A stretch of 64,000 nt of DNA from Camelus dromedarius (lineage: Eukaryota): positions 117,058,001 to 117,122,000 of the forward strand of contig NC_087437.1 in NCBI RefSeq assembly GCF_036321535.1, in the 5' to 3' direction. The notes under the pieces were generated by a model. It was not told the origin of the DNA. It made no database searches and was given only the letters and a program-made list of their open reading frames with translations. Below, one piece after another: positions 43,001 through 57,045 of the stretch (position 1 is its first letter; every line of letters begins with the position of its first letter). The position numbers and the translations under genes were made by a program.

Positions 43001-44089
43001 CTAAAAAGCAGTAACATACACAATTCAGTTTCCCGAGTGCTACTGAAGTTATAGTTTAACAGTTTTTCAAAGTTAACTTCAACTGACACTTCAGCTGACA
43101 TCTCACTGAAAACTCATAACCAATAAAAATGGGAAGTCTATCGCTAACTTATAAATGCAATGGGACCTCAATAAAACATTATTTTCAAAGCTAGTGAGAA
43201 CAGTCAGAAGAACTTCTACAGAGAAAGTAAAGATCTAGTGCTATCAACATGAAACCTATCACAGCCTCAATAATTAAAACTACAGGACACAACAGGTATA
43301 TACTGAGAGAATGACCAATGCAAAAATGAGGAAGTCTGAAATGGACCCTAATACACGAGACTTAAGATAAAGGTGCCATCTCAACCAGCTGGGGAAACAA
43401 TGGATCACTGCATAAACGGTAAAGGGACAACTGTGCAACAATCTGGGGGGAAAAACTGGATCCATTCTTCAGACAGTAAAGCAGGATAAATTCCAAGCAG
43501 ATTAACATTTTATATTTTTAAATAACAAAACCATAAAAGTTGTATAAGAAAACACAAGAATTATACTGTAACTTCAGAATAAGGGTATAATTTGTATTTA
43601 ATAAAGTAAAGCTGCGTTACACCAACAAGCTAGAGAAAGGAAGATCAATTTGGTCCAGAGACATCCAAGGCGGCTTAAAAGATGGAGAGGAAAACAAGAA
43701 GACACTAGACAAAAGAATAATATCATCAAAAGTACAAAAGGGAGAGGGAATACATTATGTGACAGTAATGGAAAGATCTATATGACTAAAGTGTTCATTT
43801 TTGGAAGTGGTAGAGAAATGGATTAAATGGATAGAGAATCTGGACCCAATAAGAGCAAGTTAAGAGGGTAACTGTAGTTCTCAAGTAAAATACAGAAGGT
43901 AACCCAAAGATTTGCCTGACGGTAGTATACTATACTGATTGAAAGGGAGCAGATAAAGAACCAAGAGTCAATCCAAATAATCCACTTAATGTAAGAACCT
44001 TAACGGGAAGGCAGTACCCATGACCTTCCCCCAGCATAGGGATGAAAGCCATGAAGAAGCAACACAGCTTGCTGACACATAAGATGCTC

Positions 44090-47000
44090 AAGATTGAGGA
44101 GCTTTAAGAATTCTAATTAGATTTAGTTAGAACACAGTGACTTCATATGATATGACAGATACACAAGTGTCTGTTCCTCTATTTTGTCTCACTGGTATCT
44201 TTGTCTAACCCTGGGTTGAAACTATATTGTTTCCTCTATAAGACCTTTTTAAAGCATTCTTAAATATCTAGCTGGGCAAAAAGTTGAGAGTTTGTTTTCT
44301 AAGGGGTTTTGCTGTTGTTTTTTGCTATTCGTGCTTATTTTTCTCTTTCTACATGAATCTGATAGCATGCCAAGTTCCATTTAAGAAAAACAACTGGGAT
44401 TTCAAATGTAATACAGACTTTATACCATGATTTGGAGATATGACATCTTTACAACTGAATCTTCTGACTCAGGAACATAGTAGACATTTTTCACTTATTT
44501 AGACTATTTCCTCCCCCTACCGAAGGTTGTGTCATTATTTTTAAAACCTTTCCCATTTCCTGGTAAGCTTATTTCTATGTAAAGGCTTTCTGATGCTACT
44601 GTGAATTATGTTCTTTTTTCGTTGTATCTGCTAACCGGTTATTGCCAGTTTACAGGAAAGTTCTGATTTTAGGACACAGGCCCTGTTATCTGTTCGTTTT
44701 ACTAAGCTCTCAGCAGTTCTAATAGGTTTTAACAGAATTCACCAGTAAATCCTCTCAGCTTCAAATTTTCATTTTAAGAAACTTTTTTAAGTATGCAACA
44801 GGTATTTTTAACTTGTGAAGCGTTCCTTTTACTGTTTCTAAGTAGAAACATTTCCTCAAATGCAGTATCACTGACATATAGCCATGTTTTATTAACCACC
44901 TTCAAAGCTACTCAACAGTGACTATAATATGCATTTCTGTATAAAAGCAACAGAAAGAACTATGATTTGTCAAAGTCCCTTTTGGCTTTGTGATTCTGTA
45001 CTGCAATCTCATGTCTACTTCCAAAATCAAAATAGTTTTCTTGAAATCTACACACTTTGACTAACCACCTGGTATATAGTAAATGCCTGAAAGCATAATA
45101 ACTTCTACTTTTATAACTTATTCAGTGGCAAAATAAGAAGCCTTTAATGTATGCTGATTATTTATTTTGCTATTAAAGAATACATTATTTAAAGGCAGTA
45201 AGCTGTCCTATTAACTGTTCAAATGCAAATCTTCCCTGTGTGCTCACATACACATTCGAGACAGAGCTATTAGTGCGGGAGGTGTAAAATTCACACAATG
45301 CTAAACTCATCATTTTAACCATTTAAAAATGTACAATTTAGTGGCATGTGGTACATTCACAATGCTGTGCAGCCATTATCGCTATCTGGTCCCACGGTTA
45401 TTATTTTATAAGATAAACTGAAATCTGTCAAGACATTTTCCATTGATTCTCTTGGCTTTTTTAAGTAGGTAATCAAACTGTTTGAAAATGACAATTTTTC
45501 TCTCTTCCTTTCCAACTGTACACATTTTTGGTTTTTCTTGCCCGGTAGTATTTGCTAATGTTGAACAGTTGCAGTGATAGTAGGGTGTTCATTTCCCCCA
45601 AACATCACTTTGCAACATTTCAAATCTGCATAAAAGTTGCAAGAATAGTACGGTCAACACTCACATGCACCAGTCCCCAAGATTTACCAGTCGTCAGTAT
45701 TCTGCCACACTCGCCCCCGGCTACTGACGGACACGAATATCTGTATCTAAGGTGCAGATATCGTGACACTTCAACCCTAAAATTCTCAGCATGTATCTCC
45801 TAAGAACAACAACATTCTCCTACATAACTATAATATACTTATCAGCAATCAGCACTCAAGAAATTTAATATGGAATTTCCCCTCATTTCTCCAATGTCCA
45901 TTATAGGTTTTTTTCTTCCTCTTAAAGCCAGGATCCAAATGAAGACTCACATGTGTTTGTCACATTTTCTTTCTTTATAAAACAGTTACCCTACCTTTCT
46001 TTTGTCCTTTCTGAAACTAAGCCTTTGAAGGATATAGAATGATTTCATAGACGGTTTCTTAGTCTAGATTTGTCTGATTGCCTCCTCATGAGATTCAGGT
46101 TAAACATTGTTGACAGAAATACTAACAGGTGGAAAAGAATTTTAACTACAGATTCAGTGCATTTAGCACTTAAAGGTCTATTCTGATTTTCTTTCTTTTT
46201 GTGCCAGTCCTGCTTTTCTGATATTTACCTATTTCATCCAAATTTTCTAATTTCTTGTATAAAATTTTTAAAATATACTTTTTAGTGTCTGAAGATTCTA
46301 CAGTGATACCCCTTTTCCAAATATGACAATGGTGATTATTTCTGTTTTGTTCCTCAATTAATATCAGTCTTATGCCAACATTTTTCGTCTTTCAAAGAAC
46401 TTTTGGCTTTGTTGACCCTCTCTACTGTTATGCTTATTTTTTCTATCCTTGTTTCCTGCTCTTTTTCTAACTCCCTGAGAAATATACTTGATCACTGAAT
46501 TTCCGCCGTCCCTTTAATGTATGAATTGAGGGCTATAACGTCCCTGTCAGCACAGCTTCAGCTGGGTATTAGTTATCTACTATTGTGTAACACATCATCC
46601 CAAAACTTAACTACTGAAAACAACAATAAATATTCATTATCTCATAGTCTCTAAGGGTCAAGAATTCAGGAGCAGCTTAGCTGAAAGGTTCTGGCTCAGG
46701 GCCTTATGAAGCTGAAGTTCAGATGTCAGGCTGTGTGTAACTGCGGATGGAGGACCTGAATCCAAAACAAGCCAACTCACGTGGCTATGGCAGGAGACTT
46801 CAATTTGCCAAGAAGACCTTCCCATAGGGCTGTCTGAGTGTCCTGTCGACATGACAGCAGGCATCCCTCAAGACAAGTGAGTCAAGAAAATAAGACAGAA
46901 GCTTCCATTCAAGTTAACAGACTAAGACAGTGACTTCCACTGTCTTTAAATCTTTCACTATCGAGCAATGGGAATCACCCTATGTGACCTTCCCAGTATC

Positions 47001-49200
47001 GTATAGGTTACACAGGTCAACCCTATTCAACATGGGGACTACCAAAGGACACGAGTACAAGGCGGCCAGACTCACTGGACACCACCTTGGCGGCTGGCTA
47101 CCAAACTCTACATCCCACAAGTTATCATCTGTAGTATTTTTATTATTAATCAGTTCAAAATATTCTCAAAGTTTCATTGTGATTTCATCTTTGATGCATG
47201 GGTATATAAAAGCATATTGTTTAATTTATAAAAGTCAGGATTATTCTGTTATCTGCTAGTGATGTCTGGCTTAACAGCACTACAGTCAGAGAACGCACTT
47301 TGGATTATTTTCAGTATTTTCAAATTTACTGAGAACTTAGTTTAAGTGTCAGAATGTGGACAATATATAATGAACAATCCACTTATGACTGAAATGATGT
47401 AAATATAATATGCAATGCTTCAATGTGTCATCCAGGTCAAGTTTATTATTTATATTGTTCAAATCTATATTCTTAATGACATATGTTGTTCTTCCATTTA
47501 CTGAGACAGAGGTGTGTTAACTGCACATTATGATTATGGAGGTCTATTCTTCCCCACAGGTTCTATTTTTGCTTTCTGCATTTTGACGTTGTTACTGAAC
47601 ACATAAATTTAAAACTCTTTTTCCTGCCTAATGGAACATTTAATCATTATAAACTGTCCCTCTTCATCTCTAAAAATGGTATTTCCCCTTAATGCCTATT
47701 TATCTAATATTAGTATGCTACACATCAGCCTTCTTACGGTTAACTTTTAGATACTTTTTCTGTTCTTTACTTTCAGCCTCCCTATACTCTTCATCTTGAA
47801 GGTGAGGTTTTGTTTTTCAATTATGTCTGAGATCTTTCCTATCTGGACCATGTAATGCAATTACAACAGGTATCATGACTATGATGACACTGCCATTTAA
47901 TGATACCCTACTTATCATCTTAATACTTTCCCATGTTTCTTTTTCTTTCCTTTCTTGCCTTTTTTATTATGCGATTCCCCCCCTCTGTTAGCTTAGTAGT
48001 TATATTCTCTTGCTATTCTTTTAGTTACTTTAGAGATTACAAAATCCAAAGCTCTTAATACTACTAAAGTTACCTCCTCCTCTACACAAGCTATTATTAC
48101 TATTATTTGTTAGTTTAATTCCATACATAATTTAAAACTCTAAGACATTACATTTGTTGTATATAGTCAATGTTTATTTCCATTTGCCCACATACATTTT
48201 TTTTTTAATTCTTCACTCCTTGTTACTCCAAGTCTAAGATCTCCTTCCTTATCTGCCTAAAGAATACTATTTAGAATTCCCCTTAATGATGTTTCATCAC
48301 TAAGAAAGTCTGTCTGTCTGAAAATGTGATTGTTACACTTCAATGGTATTTCCAATAGGTTTGGAATCCTTGACTGGCAGTCACTTTCTATGAGCACTTT
48401 AAGAATACTCCTTTGTCTACCAACTTCCATGGCTTCTACTGAGAGCTAGCCATCAGTCTTATTCCTTTTTTACTCTTCCCTCTTGGTCTTTGGTTTTTAA
48501 ACTTCTATTGTGATGTTCAGTAGTTGTAATTTTCTGTATATTTATTCTGCCCAGGTCCTTAGTGTTTCTTCAGTCTTTGGCTCTATTTCTTCACGTATTT
48601 TGCAAAATTCTCAGCTATTCTCACTACAAACACCTTTTGCTTCATTCTGTCTTCTTCAGGAATTCCAGTCACACAGATGGCATAAATGTATGTACATACA
48701 CACGTGTGGAACCTCGTCAGCACATCCTCTCTCTCTCATCTCTCTCAGTACATTCCCAACTCTTCCCTCTGTGCTTTCCATCTACTTATTTTCTTCTGAT
48801 CTAATTTACAGCTCCTTAATTCTCCCTTTGATTTCTTCAGTGGCATCTAATCTGTTGTTAAACCCACCCACTGAATTAGTAAATTCAGCTATACATTTCA
48901 ATTCTAGAATTTCCTTTTTACTAGCTTCTAGTTCTCTGCTGAAATTTTTCTATTCATTTGAATTAGCTGAATTTATCATGCATAGATATTTCCAAAATAT
49001 ATCCTCCCCATCCCTACAAGTCTGTCAAATTTTCTGCTAAGCTTCACAACCACCTCCTGTAAAACTGGCAAATGCCTTCAAACTCAAGTTTCCCCTCTCT
49101 GGACTTTTCTTATCTATCATATCCATAATTGCTCATTATATCAGTACTTCAGATACTTTTTCATCTTCATCTAGCTTTTCAATCTGCCAGCTATGCATTA
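44090..49200 (-). mobile_element. Long degraded antisense L1 region with nested younger L1 3' ends
   Basis: T-rich sequence with antisense L1 motifs (tttcaaagaacttttggctttgttg, ttactgagacagaggtgtgttaa, aatgacaatttttctctcttcctttccaa). Confidence 0.6.
46565..47105 (-). mobile_element. MLT1-type LTR nested in L1
   Basis: tattagttatctactattgtgtaacacatcatcccaaaactta...gggtcaagaattcaggagcagcttagctg. Confidence 0.75.
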
Positions 49201-50220
49201 CATCTTACTCCTGAAGAATGCTTGCTTGATACTCTTAGACAAAAGGTTCTACCTATCGTTGTAACCCGGCTAGTCTAACACTAACATTTTTGAAAATGTA
49301 AATTATATTAAGTGACATTGTATAATGCCACCCTTGAGGAAGGTATGTGCTAAAATACTGAAAGTGATTACTTACAGATGGTAGGAAATCGAAGTTTTAT
49401 ATTTTATTTGCTAATAACTACTGTCTAATTTTTCAGCAAACAATATTGTTTATACATCTTTTTTAATAAATGAAAAGAAAATCTTTACTAAAATTTAAAA
49501 CGATTTATATATGCCAAGAACAACAGGGAAAAGAACATGAAAAAGATTAATAACTAAAATCATGTATTTGACTCTGAACTTCAGAGTAACCACTAGCAAG
49601 CAGAGATAAACTTCCTGATGTATAAGATACTTATTACCACCCAAGTAGATTTTCTGATATATTCAGTAGGTGATAAATACGTATGGGTCCCCATTACCAA
49701 AAGAATGGGTTTCAATGAAGAACAGAGCTCCACTAGCACACTGAACAATTCCACAATGGTTTTAAGGCAGACACCCGCACAAAGTATTACAAATATTCTT
49801 ATTTGCTGTTATATTGCCCATAAGTTAGAAAAAAAAAACCTGTGGAATAGCTAGGATTTGAAGTAATTTTCAAACTACGAAACCTTCTAGAGAACAATAT
49901 ACTGCTTGCCTAAAACAGGCAAACCAAAAATTTTGCTTAAATTTTCAAAGTAAAACACAACTCTAATCATAGTTGTCATCACTTAAAAATAAGTCTGCAG
50001 CCTCTATTCTTCAAGAATATTGACCACAAAGTTGAGAAAAATCACTTTTATCACACAATTTCACACCAAATCTATTTATAGACCACTTAACATACAGCAT
50101 GGGTAAATTCACATATAAAAACAAAACCAGTCCCCTTGTTTTAACCAAACTCAAATCAGAGACACCAATGTGTCTTAAAAGGCCTCAGAAATCATTATTT
50201 CCTAACAAAATGTAATTTCA

Positions 50221-50403
50221 TATCTTTCTTGCTCCCTCGCCTTCTAAGACAGCCCACACTCCGTCTATGGAGTATGTACCTACTTTTACTTTAAACTAAA
50301 CAGCCAACCCCGCACCTCTTGGCCTCTCCTGCCTTCTGAGACTGCCTGCACTCTATGAAATGTACATCTCTCTAAATAAATCTACTTTTACTCAAAAAAA
50401 AAA
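50221..50403 (+). mobile_element. Short polyadenylated retroposed insertion with LTR-like sequence
   Basis: 14-bp TSD aaaatgtaatttca at 50207-50220 and 50404-50417; AATAAA at 50375-50380; poly-A from 50394. Confidence 0.8.
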
Positions 50404-50534
50404 AAAATGTAATTTCAAAAAGATGGCTGAATCGCACCAGTCTCAGTACTAATGGATCTGAGACAACTACAGAAAGTCTACCAGACAGGTAACACCCTGT
50501 AGAGCATATACGACAAGCTACTCAAGCCTCTAAT

Positions 50535-50723
50535 CAGTGACTCCGAAAGTGTGGTTCCTGGAAGAGGAGCAACAGCAGCACCTGGAAACTTGTTATAAAT
50601 GCACATCTCAGGCCCCACTTCCAACATTCTGAATCAAACAAAACCTTTGGCAGTGGGGCATAGCAATCTGTGCTTTAGACAAGGCCTCCAAGTGACTCTC
50701 ATGCACATTAAATGAAACTACTG
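50535..50723 (+). mobile_element. MER5A-like hAT element
   Basis: aaagtgtggttcc...cagcacctggaaacttgttataaatgca...caggcccca...gcaatctgtg...aaggcctccaagtgactctcatgcac. Confidence 0.75.
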
Positions 50724-51568
50724 CTCTGAATCCAACAACCAACTTGTAAGAAATATAAAGGAACATGTTAATCTACTCCACAAGGGTGCAAATGGTACTC
50801 AAACTATGGGAACTCTATAAACAACCCAATTCTTTCAACAAAGAAACAAGGGGCTTAAAATAAAATTGAACAAGGGGGTATAATTTCTTTTAAGATTCTT
50901 TTAATCTATAGCAACCAATTGTAAGGTATAGGCTTTGTCTGGTTCCTAATTTAAACAAACTAAATAATGCTATTTATGAGAAAATTGGAAATCTGAACAT
51001 CAATAAATAAATGTGATGATAATGTTTCGTGTTTTTAATAAAACACAGTATGTCTTTCTTTTCTGAAATATTAATGGAAGAAATGACATGAAATCTAGAT
51101 CTGCTTAGGTACAAGGTGAAATGGTTAAAGAACTGGCCATGGGTTGATTGGCACATAGGAGTTTATCATACTATTCTGTCTACTGTGTATATGGTTCAAA
51201 ATTAACCTCCACAATAAAGGGAAAATATATACATATATATATAAACAAATTTAATCAACTTATCAAAATCTACAAGTTTTCAAGTAGAAAAATCATTAAC
51301 CTATCACCGCTGTGTAACTGACACTCATTCAGCTCAACCATAAACCTAAAAGGAAGTAATAAGTCATCCATCAAGCCTTCATGTATAGCTCTTAACTGCA
51401 TATTTATTACATCATCCTTTCAAGATTCATAGAACTATAATTATATTTTCTCTTGATTACTAAATTTAAAATAGATCATACAATTACTAAGCATTTTATT
51501 ATTTCTCATCTCCAGAGAAGAGAGTTTTAAAGGAAAAAGAGAATACACAAATGTGCATGCTAAAATCA

Positions 51569-51796
<228 letters not shown>

Positions 51797-52439
51797 CTAA
51801 GAATATAAATCCAAAAATAAATGTTAATATAGCAAGTCTTTTATATCATTTTAAAGAATATGATTTACATGTCACTCACATTAAGTGTTTATAATTCCTC
51901 CTCCCTTTTCAATCATAGAATACTTTATAAATTGTGAATCTCACAGCCAACAATACTTATAAGTTTTTTCTTCAAATCAAATAATAAAGATTCATTGAAG
52001 TTTTTATTTCTACGGTTTAGGCCCATTATAAATACTATTTTCCCAAAATTCTCTGACATGTATTAAGTCCAAATAAAAGTCCACCTATTTCAACTAACAA
52101 TGGTTAAATGTCCATTTAGCTCACATCAAATTAACGTGATGAGTATTAGGAAAGATCTGTGTTTCACGGGTTGAGTAACCAGCAATCCCAAAAACAAAAA
52201 GTAATGGAACTAGCACCTTCATTTAAAATAACTAAACAACAAAGTCTCAAATTTAATAGTACCACCCAGCATCCATCCATTCAGCAAATATTTGAGTATC
52301 TACTCTGAATCTCGACAACTGAAAAATGAAATTTTAACTTCTTACCCATCCTAATCTTCCCTTAAGACAGTAAAATGGTAAATTAAATTCCAAATATTTA
52401 CATATAGTTACAGATAAAATAATCTTTCAGTGTTAAAGC

Positions 52440-52830
52440 AATCAGTTTCCCTAGATCACGAGTAATCAATGTGAATATAAATCACCTGTAGAGATCTGGA
52501 TTTTTGTAGGCGAGTTTTTTGGTTTGTTTTTGGTTAATACACACTATAGCCTAATTTAGTAGGTCTAGAATGGGCTGGAGAAGTATTAGGGATGCATATT
52601 TTTAAGCATCCTTGATGATGGTGCTCAAGAACCACTACTCTAAATCAATGTCTCACAAACAACATACATGGCCTGGTTATCTGCATCTGAATCACTTGTG
52701 ATACTTAATAAAAATGCAAATTCATGGGTCCCACACCAGACCTACTGAGTCCAAGTTCCTGAGGATGGGAAACATAGAATCTACATATTTTTAAGGTTTC
52801 CTAGATAACTCTGAAGCACACTAGAGTGCT
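52440..52830. mobile_element. Two adjacent MER5-like remnants
   Basis: aatcacctgtagag...agtaggtctagaatggg...agaaccact, and gcatctgaatcacttg...aaaatgcaaattcatgggtcccacaccagacctactgagtc. Confidence 0.6.
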
Positions 52831-52862
52831 CCAGATGATACCAAATTGAGTTTAAAATGTTA

Positions 52863-53081
<219 letters not shown>

Positions 53082-53358
53082 CTAAGAAAAACTCCAAAAC
53101 AATTTCTAGAGGGTCACAAAAACCAATGTTAGAGAAATCCTTAAGATGAAGTTTCCTCCCAATTCTGTTCTCTTATAAGCACTAGTACAGGCTTATTAAA
53201 ATAAGACTGTTTTTTATTAGCTTTTATGACTTTTAGTAATATCTTTAGGAAAATAATACATTTGAAACATTACCAGTATTTCAAGTTTTAATACAGCAGG
53301 TACAAAGTTGGTCAAGAAATTTAAAAAATGGTTTTGTGCATCTGAAAAGCCAAGCTCA

Positions 53359-53553
<195 letters not shown>

Positions 53554-53654
53554 TTATTCAAAGGTTTACCAACTAATATACTTTAACAGAAAAGCCCTAG
53601 AGGTTTATTAGACTATTTCTGAAGGAAAAAAAAATGTAAGACATCTTGGATACA

Positions 53655-53870
53655 ACAACAACAACTAACATTTGTGCAGCACTTTACAATGTACAAAGTG
53701 CTTTCCACATACATTATCTCATTGAATCCTCACAACAACCCTGTGAGGTAGGTATTATCGCCAATTTACAAGTGAGGTAACTGAGGCTCAAAGGTTCCAG
53801 GACCTTCAAAGAGATCCACTGCAAATGATTAGCCAAGATGGGCCATAAAACCAGATCTTTTGACTTCCAC
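53655..53870 (-). mobile_element. MIR SINE with a well-preserved core
   Basis: cattatctcattgaatcctcacaacaaccctgtgaggtaggtattat...tttacaagtgaggtaactgaggctc. Confidence 0.88.
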
Positions 53871-55522
53871 TCAATGCCAAATAAGTTTTTATTTTTCATC
53901 ACAGAACTATACTATACAATCATTAATGATAAAGGTCTTAATCACAACTGATCCAACTTTCCAAATACGGAAATTTTTGTAAGGAAAATTTTAGTTTGAT
54001 TTATATGAAAATCCTTGACTTAATCAACTTGTTTAAATGGTGCTGAGTTTTAAAATTAATGTTGGCCAATATTACCAAGACTTTAATCTCCTTAGAAAGT
54101 ACTGACAAAATTAAACAGCTTTCCTCTTGTTTCAAGATCACAGATAATCCTTTACACAAGAGCATACACAACAGGATCTGTGAGTCTGAACACTAAGTCT
54201 GAAGTCCCATCCCTCTTTGATCTACCACCAAATACACTAAGAAAAATGTCTACCCCCTCTATAGGAGAGAGCGGCAGAACACAGATTGTGCTGTGCTAGA
54301 AATCAGCTTCTTCACCACTGAAAGAGGAAGGGAAGAAAGGCATCATATAAACCTCTACTGAGCCTCGGGTGCCCCAAACTAACAGGCATATCATGTTTTA
54401 CATGAATGAATTCATTACCACTATCATTATCAAAGAGCAGTTACAAGGCATCCTCTCATGTCACTAGTACAAAACAGAAATACGGTCCCTACCCTAGGAC
54501 AGCTTGCTGAAGTCTCTTCTAACATCTGCCAGTTCTAAAGCAGAGCTCATCACAAAACGACATTGAGCTTGACACAAGTAAAGAAAACAGAGGAAAACAG
54601 GCTACCCAGGCAACTACTATATAACAACCTAAAACAGAATAATTACAAGTTGAATAGGAACACAGAAAGAGGAAGAATATGACCAGTTTCCTGATGCAAG
54701 CCACAGTGTGGCATGACCACGGAGCACTATGAAACAACTGAAGCTGACAAGCCAGTCTGGCACGGAACCAAGAGGGAGGGTTGTTCTTTCTCAGTCAAGC
54801 TTTACACTGGTGGTGCATCTAAGAGGCAGCATCACATCAGCGACAGATCTTAAAAGCAATCATGAGGGATGAACTTGACGTACGCCCAGGATCAGAAGAG
54901 CCAACATTCTCGCCCGTTAGCAGTTAAGCCATGTTGTATACATAGATCACATCACATACAGGTACTTAGTCTAAGTGATTTATACCAAGCTAACAGAAAA
55001 AGAACAGCAATTCCAAACATTTTGCTACCACATTAATTCCGCAAAAAAATTAAACTGGTGAAAAAAGAACCATGCAATTGTACATTTTTGGTGCTCATTT
55101 TCAAACTGCTACCAAATTTAGAAAATCACGTCCCTTTTAACAAAAGGCTTGCAGAATCTAAATATCAAATGAAATACTTCTAGCATTTGAAGAGTTTATT
55201 AGACACATACAATTACATTCAATGAAGTTATAAGTGAGCTACAAAATGGAAAATTAAGAACTCACATTGATAAAACCTCAAACACATCTTAGAATAAATT
55301 CAAGCTTTTAAGCTTAACATCTATACCTTTATCATTTTTTTAAATGCAGAAGGACCCATTAAACACTGATATAATAAAATTCAATGTCTATGCTCAATGC
55401 AGAGAATTTTATAGTCCACAGCATGGTTTTTAGTTACATATCACCTTTCTTCCACAAAGCTTACATTACTTCACAATTATAATAATTATTAAGCTAGGAA
55501 TACAAAGCAGAACACTTCTTCA

Positions 55523-55702
<180 letters not shown>

Positions 55703-55712
55703 TTAAAAACAA

Positions 55713-57045
55713 CATTTTTTTACGACAGTATCAAAAAATAGTAAATACTTAGGGGTAAGGTTGACAAAAAGGGTGGATAACATGTACAAGGTAAACTACA
55801 AAATACTGCTGAGAGAAATTAAAAGACCTAAACAAGTGGTAAATTGATCTACAGATTCAAAGCCATTCCAATCAAAATCCCAGTAGTTTTTTTTTGTAGA
55901 AATTGACAGTTTTATTCTAAAATGTATATGCAAATTGCTTACAAAAGCCAAAGCAGCTTTGAAAAAGAACAAAGTTGAGGGCTAACAATACCTGATTTCA
56001 GGACTTGTTCTGTAAGAACAACTGATTTTTGGCAAAGGTGCAAAAAAGAAAAGATAATCTTTTCAACAAATGATGCTAGAACAAGTGAAATCCACTTGCC
56101 AAAAAATAAATATTAACTTTAACCCATACATCATTATCAAATATTATCTCAAAACAGATCACAGATCTAAATGTTCATCTAAAACTATAAAACTTATAAA
56201 AGAAAACACTAGAGAAAATCTTTACGACCTAAGGCTAGGCAAAGATTTCTAAAACGACATCAAACATAAGACACAGAAGAATAAATCAATAAACGGACTC
56301 TAGCAAAACTAACAACTTCTGATTTTTCAAAAGACATTAGTAAGATAATAAAAGGACAACCACAGACAGAAAGAAAATATTTGTAAAGTATGTATCTAAT
56401 AACGGACTTGTATCCAAAATATATAAAAAACTCTCAAAACTCAATTTAATAAAAAACCTAATTTTTTCAGAATAGGCTGAAGATCTGATCAGACACTTCA
56501 CCAAATAAAGATACACAGATGGCAAATAAACACATGAAAAGGAGCTCAACATCTGTTTTTACCCAAGAAAAATGCAAGCACACGTCCACATAAAGGTTTG
56601 TAAGTGAATTTTCCTGATCAGCTTTCTTTTTAAGTCCCAAAGTGGACACAATCCAAATGTCCAGTAACAGGTGAACGAATACACACATTACTGTATACCT
56701 GCACAATGGAACACTATTCAGCAATTTTTTAAAAAGTTAATAACACACAATGACAAGAATGAATTATGCTGAAAGAAGCCAGAAAAAAAAGCACACACTG
56801 TATGATTTCATTTATATAAAAATCAAGAAAATGCAACTTAATATACAGTTATAGAGAGCAGGTCAGAGGTTGCTGGGGCTGGGAGAGAAACAGGAGGAAT
56901 TATGAAGAGAACACTTCTGGGTGCAATAGACAAATTCACTATCTTCACTGTGGTGACGGGTTTCACGAGTGTTAACACACACCCAAATTTATCAACTTGA
57001 ATATTTTATGTGCAGTTTATTGTACATCAACTATACCTCAAAAAA
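55713..57045 (+). mobile_element. Old L1 (L1MD/ME-type) 3' portion, starting about 30 bp from the exon 5 acceptor
   Basis: aaatacttaggggtaagg, ttgatctacagattcaaagccattccaatcaaaatccc; ORF-track 56070..56252 is decayed ORF2. Confidence 0.8.

Noticed and set aside
48510..49040. 176-aa plus-strand ORF and the other short ORF-track calls
   Set aside because: Low-complexity Leu/Ser/Phe translations of antisense L1 or intronic DNA. Only those overlapping BRWD1 exons or L1 ORF2 remnants are meaningful.
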